Shown: positions 63,089 through 64,000 of the stretch, one piece after another
Layout of the letters: the number at the start of each line of letters is the position of its first letter
How positions within the stretch are numbered: the first letter of the stretch is position 1
DNA from: Malacoraja senta
Lineage: Eukaryota
DNA: 64,000 bases
Direction: 5' to 3'
NCBI GenBank assembly: GCA_038087875.1
Contig: JAXLNO010002060.1
Location: 62,001 to 126,000, forward strand
Program-made: the position numbers and the translations under genes
The notes under the pieces: generated by a model
The model's input: only the letters and a program-made list of their open reading frames with translations
Database searches by the model: none
Told to the model about the DNA's origin: nothing

Positions 63089-64000
63089 GAGTCTCTGTTG
63101 TTAGATGAACCCATCACGGAAGAGGAAATACAGAATGCAATTTTTTCAATGAATTCTGGTAAAGCTCCCGGTTTAGATGGGTTTACAGTAGAATTTTAAA
63201 AGTATTTCTCAAATTTATTGTCTCTATGGCTATGCAAGGTATTTAAAGAAGCCTTTTTAAGGAATAGATTACTACAATCTTTTTATGAAGCTTCTATTTC
63301 TTTAATTTTTAAAAAAGATAAAGACCCTACTGAAGTGACATCATATAGACCTATATCAATGTTCAATGTAAATTTTAAAATTCTTTCCAAAATATTAGCT
63401 ATGAGATTGGAAAAGATTTTACCGCAAATTATCTCTGAAGATCAGACAGGTTTTATTAAAAATCATTACTCATTCTTTAATGTTAGGAGATTAATAAATA
63501 TTGTATATACAGAGTCTAATAAAATCCCAGAAAGTGTCATCTCACTTGATGCCGAGAAGGCTATTGATAGAGTAGAATGGAATACTTATTCAATATACTT
63601 GAAAAAGTTAAGATTGGTCCAAAATTTATCTCTTGGATCAAACTGATATATCTTATACCTCAGGCTTCTGTATTTACTAATAATCAGAGATCCCCTTTTT
63701 TCAGGCTCTTTCGAGGTACTATACAGGGCTGTCCCTTAAGTCCTTTACTATTTGATATTGCTTTGGAAACTTTAGCCACTGCTATTAGGGAATCCCCTAA
63801 TATTTTTGGTATTGTCCGCGGGAATAAGACACATAAGCTATCTCTTTATGCAGATGATCTGTTATTATTTATTTCTAACCCTGAGAAATCTATTCCGGCA
63901 ATAGTAGCATTACTTAATCAATTCAGTAGTTTTTCTGGTTATAAACTAAATCTTAGTAAGAGTGAGCTTTCCCATTATATAATTTTGTTTCGAGTTATGG

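Larger units (their letters stand above)
44081..64000. repeat. Right arm of giant inverted duplication (runs off the window end)
   Basis: Reverse-complement match to 43734->15139; the last bases (ttcgagttatgg) match 15139-15150. Confidence 0.97.
59740..64000 (+). mobile_element. Mirror L1 LINE (5'UTR, ORF1, ORF2 to window end)
   Basis: Mirror of 19870->15139. Confidence 0.9.

Overview
Eukaryotic, repeat-dense DNA. The mix of CR1 LINEs, tRNA-head SINEs, Penelope and Rex1 remnants, a GPR139-like GPCR and a shark-type MHC exon points to a cartilaginous fish (inference). No rRNA, true tRNA gene or CRISPR array was found. (1) At 6.1-11.8 kb lies the 3' half of an MHC class I-like gene on the + strand: an alpha3 Ig-C1 exon at 6148-6414 and a TM exon at 9099-9206. 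A phase-compatible candidate last exon at 11767-11846 would end the tail in ETEVLL..WYQDV*, i.e. CD1/FcRn-type endosomal sorting motifs. (2) From ~15.1 kb to the window end, everything is one giant inverted duplication. The left arm (15139-43880) and right arm (44081-64000+) meet at an exactly 200-N gap. The arms are roughly 1-4% diverged and differ by five large events, each with its counterpart site readable in the other arm: a 5071-bp DIRS retrotransposon, a 2-kb young invertebrate-type LINE, an 859-bp and a 406-bp non-autonomous retroposon, and a 1.1-kb deletion with templated filler that removed a GPCR fragment. Sequence alone cannot tell a real palindrome from two divergent haplotypes joined head-to-head by scaffolding.
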